Below are positions 29,782 to 38,863 of a stretch of 64,000 bases of DNA, piece by piece. Numbering within the stretch: position 1 is the first letter of the stretch; every line of letters starts with the position of its first letter. The position numbers and the translations under genes were made by a program. The notes below the pieces were generated by a model. The model did no database searches. It was not told the origin of the DNA and saw nothing but the letters and a program-made list of their open reading frames with translations. The stretch is from Synechococcus sp. (GTDB lineage Bacteria > Cyanobacteriota > Cyanobacteriia > PCC-6307 > Cyanobiaceae). The DNA lies in assembly GCA_047285535.1 (NCBI GenBank), contig JBJBDC010000001.1, positions 128,136-192,135 on the forward strand. The letters are read 5' to 3'.

Positions 29782-30988
29782 ACGCCTGACGGAGTTGAAC
29801 GCTCACTATCGCGAAGGAAGGGCATCTTTGAGGCTCGGGGCCGGCTTTTTTCGCCCGGAGTCCAGACCGGCGAGGGATCTCTCCGTGTTGTTGGCCGCTT
29901 CAACATTGGAGTCTTCTTTTAGAGATCGTTCCCTGCACTGGCTGGACCTCATGGCTGGTTGCGGTATCCGGGCTCTGCGTTGGGGACTTGAAGCGAGGGG
30001 TGCGTCTCTTCAGCCCGTGAACCTTGTGGTGAACGATGCAGATCAAGAGCGAGAGCCGCTTTTGGCCGCCAATCTGGTCTCGTTGCAAGAGTGTCAAGGG
30101 TTAAAGCTCACCCAGAGCCATCAAGCGGCAGAACGGCTACTGCGTGATGCCTATCTGGAACATCGTTTTTTTGATCTGATTGATCTCGATGCTTTTGGGT
30201 GTCCAAATGTTTTGCTCCAGTCCACGCTTCAGGCGATGCGTTTTGGAGGAGTGTTGTTGCTTGCCAGCACGGACGGTCGCTCACCCACTGGTCATGACCG
30301 TTTCGCAGCGGTGCGTCGTTTTGGGGCAGCGGCCCGTGCCCATCCATCAAGTTGGGAGATGGCTTTGCGTCTGCAATTGGCGGCTTTAGCTCGGGAGGCT
30401 TGGCTTCTGGGACGTGGTCTCGAGCCCTTGTTGAGTTACAGCGATGGCCGTACTTTCCGTATTGCGATTCGCATGCGTCAGCGGATCCGTCCGGGTGAAG
30501 AGGAGCAACTGGGCTTCTTGGCCCGTTGTGAACGCTGTGGAGATCAGGCGATGCAAGCGATGTTGGGCCTCCAAGGTTGGAGGCCTTGTTCCTGTCGGGA
30601 TGGTTGCGGACGTTGGGCGGTGAGTGGTCCGCTGTGGATTGGTCCTCTTCAGTCGCCTGAACAGCTCAAAAGGCTGCTGCAATTAAGTGAAACTCTCCGT
30701 TTGGAGTTGAGTCATGACCAGGATCCGACCCTTGCCCCTCGCAGTCGCAGGTTGCTTGAAGGGCTATTGGCGGATCCTGGTCAGCCTGCATGTAGTTGGT
30801 CAACCGGTGAGTTGGCCCGTCGGCTTCAGCTGAAAGGTCCCCCTGCTGTCCATGAATTGGAGGCGGCTCTAAGAGCCTCTGGGTACAGCGCATCGGTCAG
30901 TGGTGTCATGCCTGGTCAGGTGCGGACCGATGCACCTCTCGGCATCTTGTTGCGACAATGCTCCGATTTGGACCGGAAAGATCGTTAA
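29750..30988 (+). CDS. trm1: tRNA (guanine-26-N2)-dimethyltransferase Trm1 family protein
   Basis: FFRPESRPARDLSV, DLMAGCGIRALRW, VNDAD, LIDLDAFG, CxxC zinc motif, GPLWIGPL. The exact start is uncertain. Confidence 0.85.
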   Translation: MEAGWRAIACTRLTELNAHYREGRASLRLGAGFFRPESRPARDLSVLLAASTLESSFRDRSLHWLDLMAGCGIRALRWGLEARGASLQPVNLVVNDADQEREPLLAANLVSLQECQGLKLTQSHQAAERLLRDAYLEHRFFDLIDLDAFGCPNVLLQSTLQAMRFGGVLLLASTDGRSPTGHDRFAAVRRFGAAARAHPSSWEMALRLQLAALAREAWLLGRGLEPLLSYSDGRTFRIAIRMRQRIRPGEEEQLGFLARCERCGDQAMQAMLGLQGWRPCSCRDGCGRWAVSGPLWIGPLQSPEQLKRLLQLSETLRLELSHDQDPTLAPRSRRLLEGLLADPGQPACSWSTGELARRLQLKGPPAVHELEAALRASGYSASVSGVMPGQVRTDAPLGILLRQCSDLDRKDR

Positions 30989-31015
30989 ATAGATCTTGAT
31001 TTTGAATCCTGTTTC

Positions 31016-31117
31016 ATGGCTGCAGAAATTTTCGGAATAGCTGTCGTGTTCTGGGTGTTGATTCCAGTGGGCCTCGCTGGTGGTGCATTGCTTTTGAAAC
31101 TTCAAAAAGACTCATAG
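31016..31117 (+). CDS. petM: Cytochrome b6f complex subunit VII (PetM), 33 aa; below the ORF-track cutoff
   Basis: Read directly from the [36 protein letters not shown]. Confidence 0.92.
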   Translation: MAAEIFGIAVVFWVLIPVGLAGGALLLKLQKDS

Positions 31118-31169
31118 GCGCACAAGCCCTTTGGCCCCTTTAGGCTCCTCGCTTGCAATGACTGACCCA

Positions 31170-32132
31170 ATGCAGGTCCTGGTGGTTGGTGGAACAGGAA
31201 CGCTTGGCCGTCAAATCGCGAAACAAGCGATTGATGCTGGCCATACGGTTCGCTGCGTTGTGCGTTCACCACGGAAGGCTGCGTTCCTACAGGAGTGGGG
31301 TTGTGAACTCACTCGTGGGGATCTGCTTGAGCCCGCCAGTCTTGATTACGCCCTGGATGGAGTCGATGCGGTGATCGACGCCGCTACCAGTAGGCCAACC
31401 GATCCAAAGAGTATCTACGTCACCGATTGGGACGGAAAACTTAATCTGCTCAATGCATGCGAGCGAGCAGGCGTCAAGCGTTTCGTGTTCCTTTCTTTGC
31501 TGAGTGCTGCCAAGCATCGAAACGTGCCCTTGATGGACATTAAGTACTGCACAGAGCGGTTGCTGGAGGAATCGGATTTTGATTACACGATTCTTCAGGG
31601 AGCTGCATTTATGCAGGGTGTGATCAGTCAATTTGCGATTCCAATCTTGGAGAGTCAGACGGTGTGGGTCAGTGGCAGTCCTACATCGATCGCTTACATG
31701 AACACGCAGGACATGGCTCGTTTTGCTGTTGCAGGATTAGAACACCCAGAAACCATTCGTTGTTCGTTCCCAGTTGTTGGACCCAAAGCCTGGAACACTG
31801 GAGAAGTGACTCAGCTTTGTGAACTGGCCTGCTCTAAATCCGCTCGAGTCTTTCGGGTTCCTGTTGCCTTGCTGAACTGGATGCAAGGAATTTGTTCGTT
31901 CTTTGAACCTGCTGTGAATGTGGCAGAGCGTCTCGCTTTTGCCGATGTCATCGGTGGTGGTGGCTCCCTCGACGCCTCAATGGAAGCCAGCTATAGAGCT
32001 TTCGGTCTTGACCCTAGTGAAACCACTCAGTTGGAGGCTTATATCCGCGAGTACTACGACACAATCCTCAAGCGCCTTCGCGATATGGAGGCAGATCTTG
32101 ATAAGGATGCCAAGAAAAAGCTGCCGTTTTGA
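31170..32132 (+). CDS. ycf39: NmrA/Ycf39-family NAD(P)-binding protein
   Basis: MQVLVVGGTGTLGRQIA, AAFLQEWGCEL, VPLMDIKYCTE, YYDTILKRL. Confidence 0.85.
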   Translation: MQVLVVGGTGTLGRQIAKQAIDAGHTVRCVVRSPRKAAFLQEWGCELTRGDLLEPASLDYALDGVDAVIDAATSRPTDPKSIYVTDWDGKLNLLNACERAGVKRFVFLSLLSAAKHRNVPLMDIKYCTERLLEESDFDYTILQGAAFMQGVISQFAIPILESQTVWVSGSPTSIAYMNTQDMARFAVAGLEHPETIRCSFPVVGPKAWNTGEVTQLCELACSKSARVFRVPVALLNWMQGICSFFEPAVNVAERLAFADVIGGGGSLDASMEASYRAFGLDPSETTQLEAYIREYYDTILKRLRDMEADLDKDAKKKLPF

Positions 32133-32192
32133 AAGCTTGATGGTTTGTTTGTACTAGCTTTGGCTAGAATTGATCTGCTTGTAAACGCTTGT

Positions 32193-32408
32193 ATGTCCGC
32201 GGCCCAAATCAAGAACCTTCAGCGACGACTCGATAACCTTTCTCGAGAAGCAGAAACTGAGCTCACCCGTGCCTGTGGTCATGAGCTTTGGCAGAGCGTC
32301 GGTTTTGATGCCTTCGATGGTTTAGAGGACGCTAACCGCCGTGCAAGTGCCAACTACTACTACGGTCAGTGGCAAACAGTTCGCGAGCTTCAGGATGTGC
32401 TGGGTTAG
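32193..32408 (+). CDS. Small hypothetical protein (71 aa)
   Basis: Compact ORF MSAAQIKNLQRRLDNL...ANYYYGQWQTVRELQDVLG that fills the gap between genes. Confidence 0.7.
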   Translation: MSAAQIKNLQRRLDNLSREAETELTRACGHELWQSVGFDAFDGLEDANRRASANYYYGQWQTVRELQDVLG

Positions 32409-32462
32409 CTCTCCCATGAGCTAAGTCTGTTAAGAATGGTGCAAACCCTGAAATGTTTGCCA

Positions 32463-33248
32463 ATGGCGTCTTGTTGCGGCCCTACACCGTCTTCACTGGA
32501 TCAGACGAAGGCGGTGCAAGATCGTTATGGAGCTGCGGCCATTGAGCAAGAAGCATGCCTTTGCACCCCAGTGGCGTTTGAGCCTTCCTTGCTAAAGCCT
32601 ATTCCCAACGAAGTCGTTGAAAGGGATTACGGCTGTGGAGATCCCACACGTTGGGTTCAGGAAGGCGATACAGTCCTCGATCTTGGTAGTGGAAGTGGAA
32701 AGAACGCCTTTATTTGTTCTCAGGTGGTGGGGGCGACAGGTCAAGTGATTGGTGTCGATTGCAATAAAGAGATGCTGGCCCTGTCTCGTGCTTCAGCACC
32801 TGTGGTGGCAGAGCGCATTGGCTATGGAAATGTTTGTTTTCTAGAGGGTGCGATTGAGGCGCTTGATGCGACAGATGCTGAGGGAGAGCCCCTGGTGGCT
32901 GATTCCAGCATTGATGTGGTGCTTAGTAATTGCGTCCTGAATCTGGTGAATCCTTCCGCACGCCAAATGCTGTTAAAGAACATTCGGCGTGTGCTTCGAC
33001 CTGCTGGTCGCGTTGCGATCAGCGACATTGTGAGTGATCGTCCGGTGCCGCTGACTCTTCAGCAGGACGCGGAGCTTTGGAGTGGCTGCATCAGTGGGGC
33101 CTGGTTGGAGGAGGCTTTTTTGGAGGATTTCCGAGCGCTAGGGCTTGAGCAGGTTCAGTACGCAGAGCGTTCTGAGACACCCTGGCGGGTTGTTGAGGGC
33201 ATCGAATTTCGCGCTGTCACGCTGACCGGTGCTTTGCCGAACCCCTGA
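32463..33248 (+). CDS. SAM-dependent methyltransferase, arsenite-methyltransferase (ArsM)-like
   Basis: YGCGDP, VLDLGSGSG, DVVLSNCVLNL and WSGCISGA Cys motifs, plus an N-terminal CC. Confidence 0.8.
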   Translation: MASCCGPTPSSLDQTKAVQDRYGAAAIEQEACLCTPVAFEPSLLKPIPNEVVERDYGCGDPTRWVQEGDTVLDLGSGSGKNAFICSQVVGATGQVIGVDCNKEMLALSRASAPVVAERIGYGNVCFLEGAIEALDATDAEGEPLVADSSIDVVLSNCVLNLVNPSARQMLLKNIRRVLRPAGRVAISDIVSDRPVPLTLQQDAELWSGCISGAWLEEAFLEDFRALGLEQVQYAERSETPWRVVEGIEFRAVTLTGALPNP

Positions 33249-33858
33249 GTAAACGCCGTAGGCGCTGATTCTCTGTGTGAGTCACCTGTCGCCAATCTCC
33301 AGATTTGAGTCCTTTGAGGCTGAGGTTCGAGTCTCCATCCATCAAGTCGATGGAGTAGCGGATGAGCCTCAGTGTGGGCAGGCCAACGGCTGCGGTCATT
33401 CGACGGACTTGGCGATTTCGTCCTTCTCTAAGTGCAAGAACAATCCAACAGGTCGGAATCGAACGACGCGTCCTAATTGGAGGGTCTCTTTCGGCGATCG
33501 ATTGTTGATCGCCATCCGAAAGGAATGTTGCTTTTGCGGGACGTGTTAGGCGTCCTTGAATCATCACTCCACGGCGAAGTTGATCAAGTTGGCTTTCCGT
33601 TGCGCATCCTTCAACTTGCACCCAGTACCGACGCCAGTGGCCGAAACGTGGATCCGTGAGTCGTTGTTGGAGGCGCCCATTCTCGGTAAGTAACAACAAA
33701 CCTTCGCTGTCAGCATCAAGGCGCCCAGCGGCATAAACATTCGGGATGGGTACCCAATCACTGAGGCAGCCCCACTGGCTTTGAGGTTCTGGAGTGAACT
33801 GACTCAGAACTCCATAGGGTTTGTGCAGAAGGAGGGTCAGTTGTGAACTCCGAAGCAA
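33217..33858 (-). CDS. RsuA/RluE-family rRNA pseudouridine synthase
   Basis: HKPYGVLSQF, AGRLDADSEGLLLLT, EGRNRQVRRMTAAVG. The start is uncertain. Confidence 0.92.
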   Translation of the reverse strand: MLRSSQLTLLLHKPYGVLSQFTPEPQSQWGCLSDWVPIPNVYAAGRLDADSEGLLLLTENGRLQQRLTDPRFGHWRRYWVQVEGCATESQLDQLRRGVMIQGRLTRPAKATFLSDGDQQSIAERDPPIRTRRSIPTCWIVLALREGRNRQVRRMTAAVGLPTLRLIRYSIDLMDGDSNLSLKGLKSGDWRQVTHTENQRLRRLLRGSAKHRSA

Positions 33859-34085
33859 AGCAAGAGTGCTTCACCCCAACTGGATGCCTTGTTGAGATGG
33901 TCATCATGAAGATGCTTGATCTTGTCCGCTTGCATTTTCATGAGAGTGGCCTGGCTGAATTCATGTCCTTTTTCGGCTGCAAGATTCACGACATGAGCAG
34001 GTGTGGGTGCCTCTCGAACCTGTTCCCGCAACTGAGAATCGGATTGAACCAGGGAGGTGAAGGCAATCAGAGCTGATTCAGACAC
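33837..34085 (-). CDS. Nif11-like leader-peptide family protein
   Basis: MSESALIAFTSLVQSDSQLREQV...VVNLAAEKGHEFS matches the Nif11 pattern. There is no double-Gly cleavage motif. Confidence 0.75.
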   Translation of the reverse strand: MSESALIAFTSLVQSDSQLREQVREAPTPAHVVNLAAEKGHEFSQATLMKMQADKIKHLHDDHLNKASSWGEALLLCFGVHN

Positions 34086-34112
34086 GGAAACAATTCAGAA
34101 CTAGTGGACACG

Positions 34113-34205
34113 CTAATTCGCGTTCTGACGGTTACGCCAGAGATTCACAGCGCCAATCGAGATCAATAAAAGGCCTAGGTCGAGCGACAGCGGGGGGAGG
34201 ATCAC
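34113..34205 (-). CDS. Candidate 30-aa small membrane protein
   Basis: GTG-started MILPPLSLDLGLLLISIGAVNLWRNRQNAN*: one hydrophobic stretch and a basic tail, 27 bp upstream of the Nif11 gene. Confidence 0.45.
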   Translation of the reverse strand: MILPPLSLDLGLLLISIGAVNLWRNRQNAN

Positions 34206-34314
34206 GTTGTTGTCGATAAAGATTCAGACCTTAAAGAGTGTTGTGCAGTCATTGTGGAAATGAACTGGAGGTGGCCTTCTAAACTGGCACTCATGAACAC
34301 GTTGACCTTGGCGA

Positions 34315-34584
34315 ATGATTGAGACCTCGGGTGTCATTGAAAAAGAGCAGGGGAACGGGTTTTATCTCGTGACCTTGGAGCAGCCCGCTGGTCACCAGTG
34401 CCTGTGCCGTGCAGCGGGCAAGCTCACAAAATTCCGAATCAAGTTGCTCGCAGGTGACAAGGTCTTGGTGGAAATCAGTCCTTATGACCTGACCCGTGGG
34501 CGGATTACTTACCGGGAGCGAAATGCTGGTGCGCCTGGAGGGCGTCCCGGTGGTAACCGCCCGGGTGGCCCCCGTCGCCGTTGA
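34315..34584 (+). CDS. infA: Translation initiation factor IF-1
   Basis: IKLLAGDKVLVEISPYDLTRGRITYR, followed by a Gly/Arg/Pro tail. Confidence 0.97.
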   Translation: MIETSGVIEKEQGNGFYLVTLEQPAGHQCLCRAAGKLTKFRIKLLAGDKVLVEISPYDLTRGRITYRERNAGAPGGRPGGNRPGGPRRR

Positions 34585-34585
34585 A

Positions 34586-35950
34586 TTATTGGTCCTTAAG
34601 CAGGGCCTCAATTGCCTCTTTGAATTCACTGCGCTGTTTGACGCCCCTCCATTGCTTTTGCAGGGATTTCTTAAAGAACAATTGAACTGTTGGGGTGCCG
34701 TTGACACCGGCCTGCTCCGCAATTTCCTGATCGACCTCGATGTCAATGTCGACTCCTTGAGCCTGCCCATTCAGTTCAGACAGCAGCCTTTTGAGCTGTG
34801 GTTTCAGCACATGACAGGGGCCACAGCCTGGAGAGCTGTAAATCACAAGCAGGGGTTTGTTGCTCTCGTGATAAAGCTTGCGGAGCGCATAGCTGCCTTT
34901 TTGCCATTGAGCGGTGGACTCATAAGTAGTTTCTGTTGTGGTTTCAGTGCTTTGAAGAGTTGTGGTCTTTTTAGGCTCCACAACATCACGGCTGATGCGA
35001 GTGGCCAAGTCGTGATGGCTTAACCACCGTTCTGCGGCAAGCGCTGCTTGACAACCGCTTCCCGCGGCCGTGATGCCTTGGCGCCATTCCGCATCACTGA
35101 CGTCACCTGCAGCGAAAACACCTTCCAATGAGGTCTCTGGTCTGCCAGGTTGGGTCACCAAATATCCCCTGGGGTCACAATCCAACTGGCCTCTCAATAA
35201 TTCGGTGTTGGGTGTGTGGCCAATGGCATAAAACATGCCGCGCACGGGCAAAATCTCCTCTTGGCCGCTATCTCTCTGACGAAGGCGTAGAAGGTTCATC
35301 CAGTCTGCTCCTTCCACCGTGACCACCTCGGTGTTCCAGTGAACCGTGATTTGGGGATTGGCTTCAACGCGATTCGCCATGGCCGCACTGGCTCGCAAAT
35401 GATCGGAGCGAACCAGCAGGTGGACATGACTGCCGTACTTGGTGAGGTAAACCGCTTCTTCGCAAGCGGAATCTCCTCCTCCCACTACCGCCAACTCTTC
35501 GTTGCGAAACTGGGGTGTGGCTCCATCGCAAATGGCGCAAGCGCTGATTCCCTTGCTCCAGAACTGATCTTCGTTTGGTATTCCCAAACGGTTGGCGCTA
35601 GCTCCAGTGGCAATGATTAGCGATTGGGTATGGATCGTTTGGCCATCTGCCTTGATGGTGTAGGGCCTCTGGCTTAGGTCGATGTCATCTGCATCGGCTT
35701 CGAGTAGCTGAGTCCCCCATCGTTCTGCCTGGGCTTTCATGAGGTCCATTAGTTTGGGCCCGAGAACACCATCTGGAAATCCAGGAAAATTCTCCACATG
35801 GGTTGTGGTCATTAGTTGACCACCTGGGATGCCTCCTCGCCGAAACCCTGTAATCAGGAGTGGGTTCAGGTTGGCTCTAGCCGCATAAATAGCAGCTGTA
35901 TAACCCGCCGGGCCGGATCCAACGATCACAAGATTCTCGCTTGCACCCAT
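34586..35950 (-). CDS. trxB: Thioredoxin reductase with fused C-terminal thioredoxin domain (NTRC-type)
   Basis: [26 protein letters not shown], and a C-terminal CGPC thioredoxin domain. Confidence 0.95.
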   Translation of the reverse strand: MGASENLVIVGSGPAGYTAAIYAARANLNPLLITGFRRGGIPGGQLMTTTHVENFPGFPDGVLGPKLMDLMKAQAERWGTQLLEADADDIDLSQRPYTIKADGQTIHTQSLIIATGASANRLGIPNEDQFWSKGISACAICDGATPQFRNEELAVVGGGDSACEEAVYLTKYGSHVHLLVRSDHLRASAAMANRVEANPQITVHWNTEVVTVEGADWMNLLRLRQRDSGQEEILPVRGMFYAIGHTPNTELLRGQLDCDPRGYLVTQPGRPETSLEGVFAAGDVSDAEWRQGITAAGSGCQAALAAERWLSHHDLATRISRDVVEPKKTTTLQSTETTTETTYESTAQWQKGSYALRKLYHESNKPLLVIYSSPGCGPCHVLKPQLKRLLSELNGQAQGVDIDIEVDQEIAEQAGVNGTPTVQLFFKKSLQKQWRGVKQRSEFKEAIEALLKDQ

Positions 35951-36076
35951 GGCTTATGCGTAATGAGTATGAGTTGAATCTAAACAGCCGTTATTCGTGA
36001 TTGGTTTTCTTTAATGTGTATCTCAGTAATCGCAAACTTCAGCTAAGCGCAAGAAAAGCAGGTCTTTATTATTTCT

Positions 36077-36325
36077 TCAGATTCCCACGGAGTCTTCTGC
36101 TCCCTCTTCCAGGTCGTGGCTTTGGCGCATGTTTGGGAATTGACCCACGCTCATTACAGAATCAGCAAAAAGCTCAGGACTTTCTCCTATACATGTGATC
36201 CATTCTCGGAATTCTTGGGTCAATGCGTAGCTGTCTTCATAGCGTTCTGAGCTGTCTAGAGCTGTGATCCTGGTTGTTGCCCAGCAGGTGGCAACACTGA
36301 CACGTCGTTCAAGTGCTGCATCCAT
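36077..36325 (-). CDS. Conserved hypothetical protein of picocyanobacteria
   Basis: MDAALERRVSVATCWA...YEDSYALTQEFREWITC. Compact ORF in core context. Confidence 0.7.
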   Translation of the reverse strand: MDAALERRVSVATCWATTRITALDSSERYEDSYALTQEFREWITCIGESPELFADSVMSVGQFPNMRQSHDLEEGAEDSVGI

Positions 36326-36421
36326 GACTAACTCCCAGATCGGCACCACATTGCCTGATAGAGGTCCAACAAAGTGTTTGATTTCGCACAACTTCGCATT
36401 TTTTTCTTAGTGAAGAAGTAT

Positions 36422-37735
36422 TCATTGCTGCAAAAAATTGGGTAATTGGGGAGCTCTTAGTCGAATCACAGCGCCAGCTCCGTCGTTTACAGCCTCTAAG
36501 GGCAGGCTGGGACCTCTCCACGAGTTCAAGTTGATGGGGGTGTCTGCTCCAACCCCCTGCTGTAGAGGATGGATTCGATAAGGCTCTGAAAGAGACCAGC
36601 TGCGGGCGTAGCTCATGAGCAATGGGTCAGCTGGTGCGAAAACATAGGAAGGATCTCTGGGTACAGTTTCAGCCGCTGCCCGAGTACTGCACATCCTTAC
36701 CGCTCTGGTGATGCCTTGCACGAATCGACTGCGGGTCACGACGGTTGTGAGGTATGCAACAACACGCAAGCGTGGGGCATCGAATCCTTCGGCGCACATG
36801 TCAATACTGACAAGCCAGTCCGCACCACCTTCTTGAAAACCACTTAGTCGTGAAGCGGCCTCTGGATCTTGGGAATGCACGAGGTCAACGCAATCGCCCT
36901 GTTCTCTGAGCAGCGCGCTGATCGATCTGGCGTGAGAGATGTCTTTTGCGATGACAAGACCTCCTGCGCCTGGGTGGTGTTCGCGCACCTGTTCAAGCTT
37001 GCGTCGCGCTCTGATCAAGAGTTGCTGACCAATGCTGCTTGTATTGGAAAGACCAACCGCACGGCGTAAGTTCCTTGCTCTCCAGCTTTCTCGCTTCTCT
37101 GCAGACAGCGGGGAGACGTCGCAATCGGGTAATCCCGGTCGGCGGTGCTCCACCCATCCATCTTGAAAGCGAAATTCCAGTGGCCGCACATCGCCCGCAG
37201 CGATGAGCTCCCTGGGTTCGACGCACAGGTCAGGGCAGATCTGTTCTACCAGTTGACCGCCTTCCTGGATACGGACCCGTCTTGCGGCACAGAAGGCGAG
37301 ATTGTCGGCTCGAAAGGGGGTGCCTGTTAGCCCCATCCTTAATCGAGACTTGTTGCTGAGCTCTAAGAAGGTCCGTCCCCAAACTGGACCCTCCGGTTCT
37401 TCTGGATCCACGCCAAGGTGATGCGCTTCGTCGGCAATGGCCAGGAGTTGATCCCCACCCCATGGATCAAGCGCTTGTTTCAGCACATCCAGTTGGCTTG
37501 CCGCACTTTGGTAAGTCACCATCCACCCATCGGCTTCTTTGATATTGGTTGTCGATTCAGACCAGTGCTCCAAGCGCAGACCGACTCTCTCGGCGGATCT
37601 GCGCCATTGGCTGAGGATTGATGTGCGATGACACAAGACTAAAAAGCACCTCAGCTTGCTTTCCTGCTGCATGGCTTTAAATCCGAGCAGGGCCCCAAGG
37701 GTTTTGCCTGCACCAGGTCCTGCATGAATCAGCAC
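36422..37735 (-). CDS. SF2 DEAD/DEAH-box helicase (ResIII-like)
   Basis: AGPGAGKT, DEAHH, LTGTPFR, EGFDAP, QGITRAVR. The open frame extends upstream to 37864. Confidence 0.9.
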   Translation of the reverse strand: MLIHAGPGAGKTLGALLGFKAMQQESKLRCFLVLCHRTSILSQWRRSAERVGLRLEHWSESTTNIKEADGWMVTYQSAASQLDVLKQALDPWGGDQLLAIADEAHHLGVDPEEPEGPVWGRTFLELSNKSRLRMGLTGTPFRADNLAFCAARRVRIQEGGQLVEQICPDLCVEPRELIAAGDVRPLEFRFQDGWVEHRRPGLPDCDVSPLSAEKRESWRARNLRRAVGLSNTSSIGQQLLIRARRKLEQVREHHPGAGGLVIAKDISHARSISALLREQGDCVDLVHSQDPEAASRLSGFQEGGADWLVSIDMCAEGFDAPRLRVVAYLTTVVTRSRFVQGITRAVRMCSTRAAAETVPRDPSYVFAPADPLLMSYARSWSLSEPYRIHPLQQGVGADTPINLNSWRGPSLPLEAVNDGAGAVIRLRAPQLPNFLQQ

Positions 37736-37880
37736 ATCTCTCCCGTGGCTTGCCTCTGGATCAAGTCGTCTGCGTAAAAGCTGAACCAGTTGTTGCTGCC
37801 ACTGACGGGGTTGGATCGTGCCTCGCGGGGTGTCTCTTGGGAGCTCAAACGAGGGATGTTGGATCGGTCAGCCGCGAAAG

Positions 37881-38120
37881 TTAGGTCTTTCTAACCATTC
37901 CAACCGCTGATGCCACCCTTAGCTTCCAATCAACAGCTCTTGGGGTTTCCGGCCCCCTGCCTCGATGGCCAAAAGCCGTTCTCGTTACCCATCGCGATCT
38001 GATCAGCGTCAGCAGCTCGAGCATTGCTGGCCACTTGAATGTGACATCGATCCATTGATCTTGAGGCTTCGTTGGCTTGAGCACCAAGGGCAATGGCCCC
38101 TGGTGCAAGCGCTTGAGCAA
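37881..38120 (-). CDS. Possible small hypothetical protein
   Basis: The only ORF filling the gap between two co-oriented genes. No motif recognised. Confidence 0.3.
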   Translation of the reverse strand: MLKRLHQGPLPLVLKPTKPQDQWIDVTFKWPAMLELLTLIRSRWVTRTAFGHRGRGPETPRAVDWKLRVASAVGMVRKT

Positions 38121-38159
38121 GAGCTTCTTCCTCTGTTCTAAAAAGTTGGCTGCTTTGAA

Positions 38160-38750
38160 TTAAAGGGACTCACTGTGATTGCAAAGCAGACGCTCGACTT
38201 CCATAAGACCTTCATCTGCAGCAATTTGAGCCCGTTGTTCATCTCCACCTGCTGCAACCTTTAATCGTGAGACAAGACGGTCCACCAAGATCGCGCGCCT
38301 GTCATGGAGCATGGTCAACAGTTCTTCTTCAATCAGCTGCCGCACTGCATTGCTGCGCAGATGATCGTCGGAAGCTTCATCAAAGGTTCCCTGGACAAGT
38401 TCCTGGATGAAAAGGCGATGCACTTCGCTGCTGCGTAGGAAGCTCTCTGTCGCATTGATCATTCCATCCACCAGGGTTCGATCTGGCTCGGCATCCGTTT
38501 CAGACTTTTTGTTTTGCAGCTTGAATTCCCAATCCAGGTGGCGACGTTGCCAGCCAGCTGCATGCAGGCTCGGCATCACTGATTGAGAAAATGTGTCAAC
38601 GGACATTTCGTAAATCCGTTCCGCGAGACGTTCACACCATTCCCTTCCGTGTTCGGCAAGGAGTTCTTCCATGGTGTTGCGATTCACTGCGTGGCCCCCG
38701 TGATGGCTGTGACAGACGCCATCGGGGCATTCAATTGCGGAGAGACCCAT
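38160..38750 (-). CDS. Conserved hypothetical protein with N-terminal Cys/His motif
   Basis: ECPDGVCHSHHGGH followed by a helical acidic body. Divergent from pntA. Confidence 0.8.
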   Translation of the reverse strand: MGLSAIECPDGVCHSHHGGHAVNRNTMEELLAEHGREWCERLAERIYEMSVDTFSQSVMPSLHAAGWQRRHLDWEFKLQNKKSETDAEPDRTLVDGMINATESFLRSSEVHRLFIQELVQGTFDEASDDHLRSNAVRQLIEEELLTMLHDRRAILVDRLVSRLKVAAGGDEQRAQIAADEGLMEVERLLCNHSESL

Positions 38751-38863
38751 ATGGTTATAAATCCAACCCTTGGGTTAGCCAAAACTGAAGAACAAGTCAG
38801 CTTCTTCAGAAAAGATGCGTATAAGGAACGATGACCCCGTAATCTCGCCGGGGTGGCGGCACA

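Noticed and set aside
34520..34584. Gly/Arg/Pro-rich tail on IF-1
   Set aside because: To my knowledge this is common in marine picocyanobacterial IF-1, so it is not novel.
35955..35980. Fur-box-like TAATGAGTATGAGTT upstream of trxB
   Set aside because: The match is weak and not palindromic.
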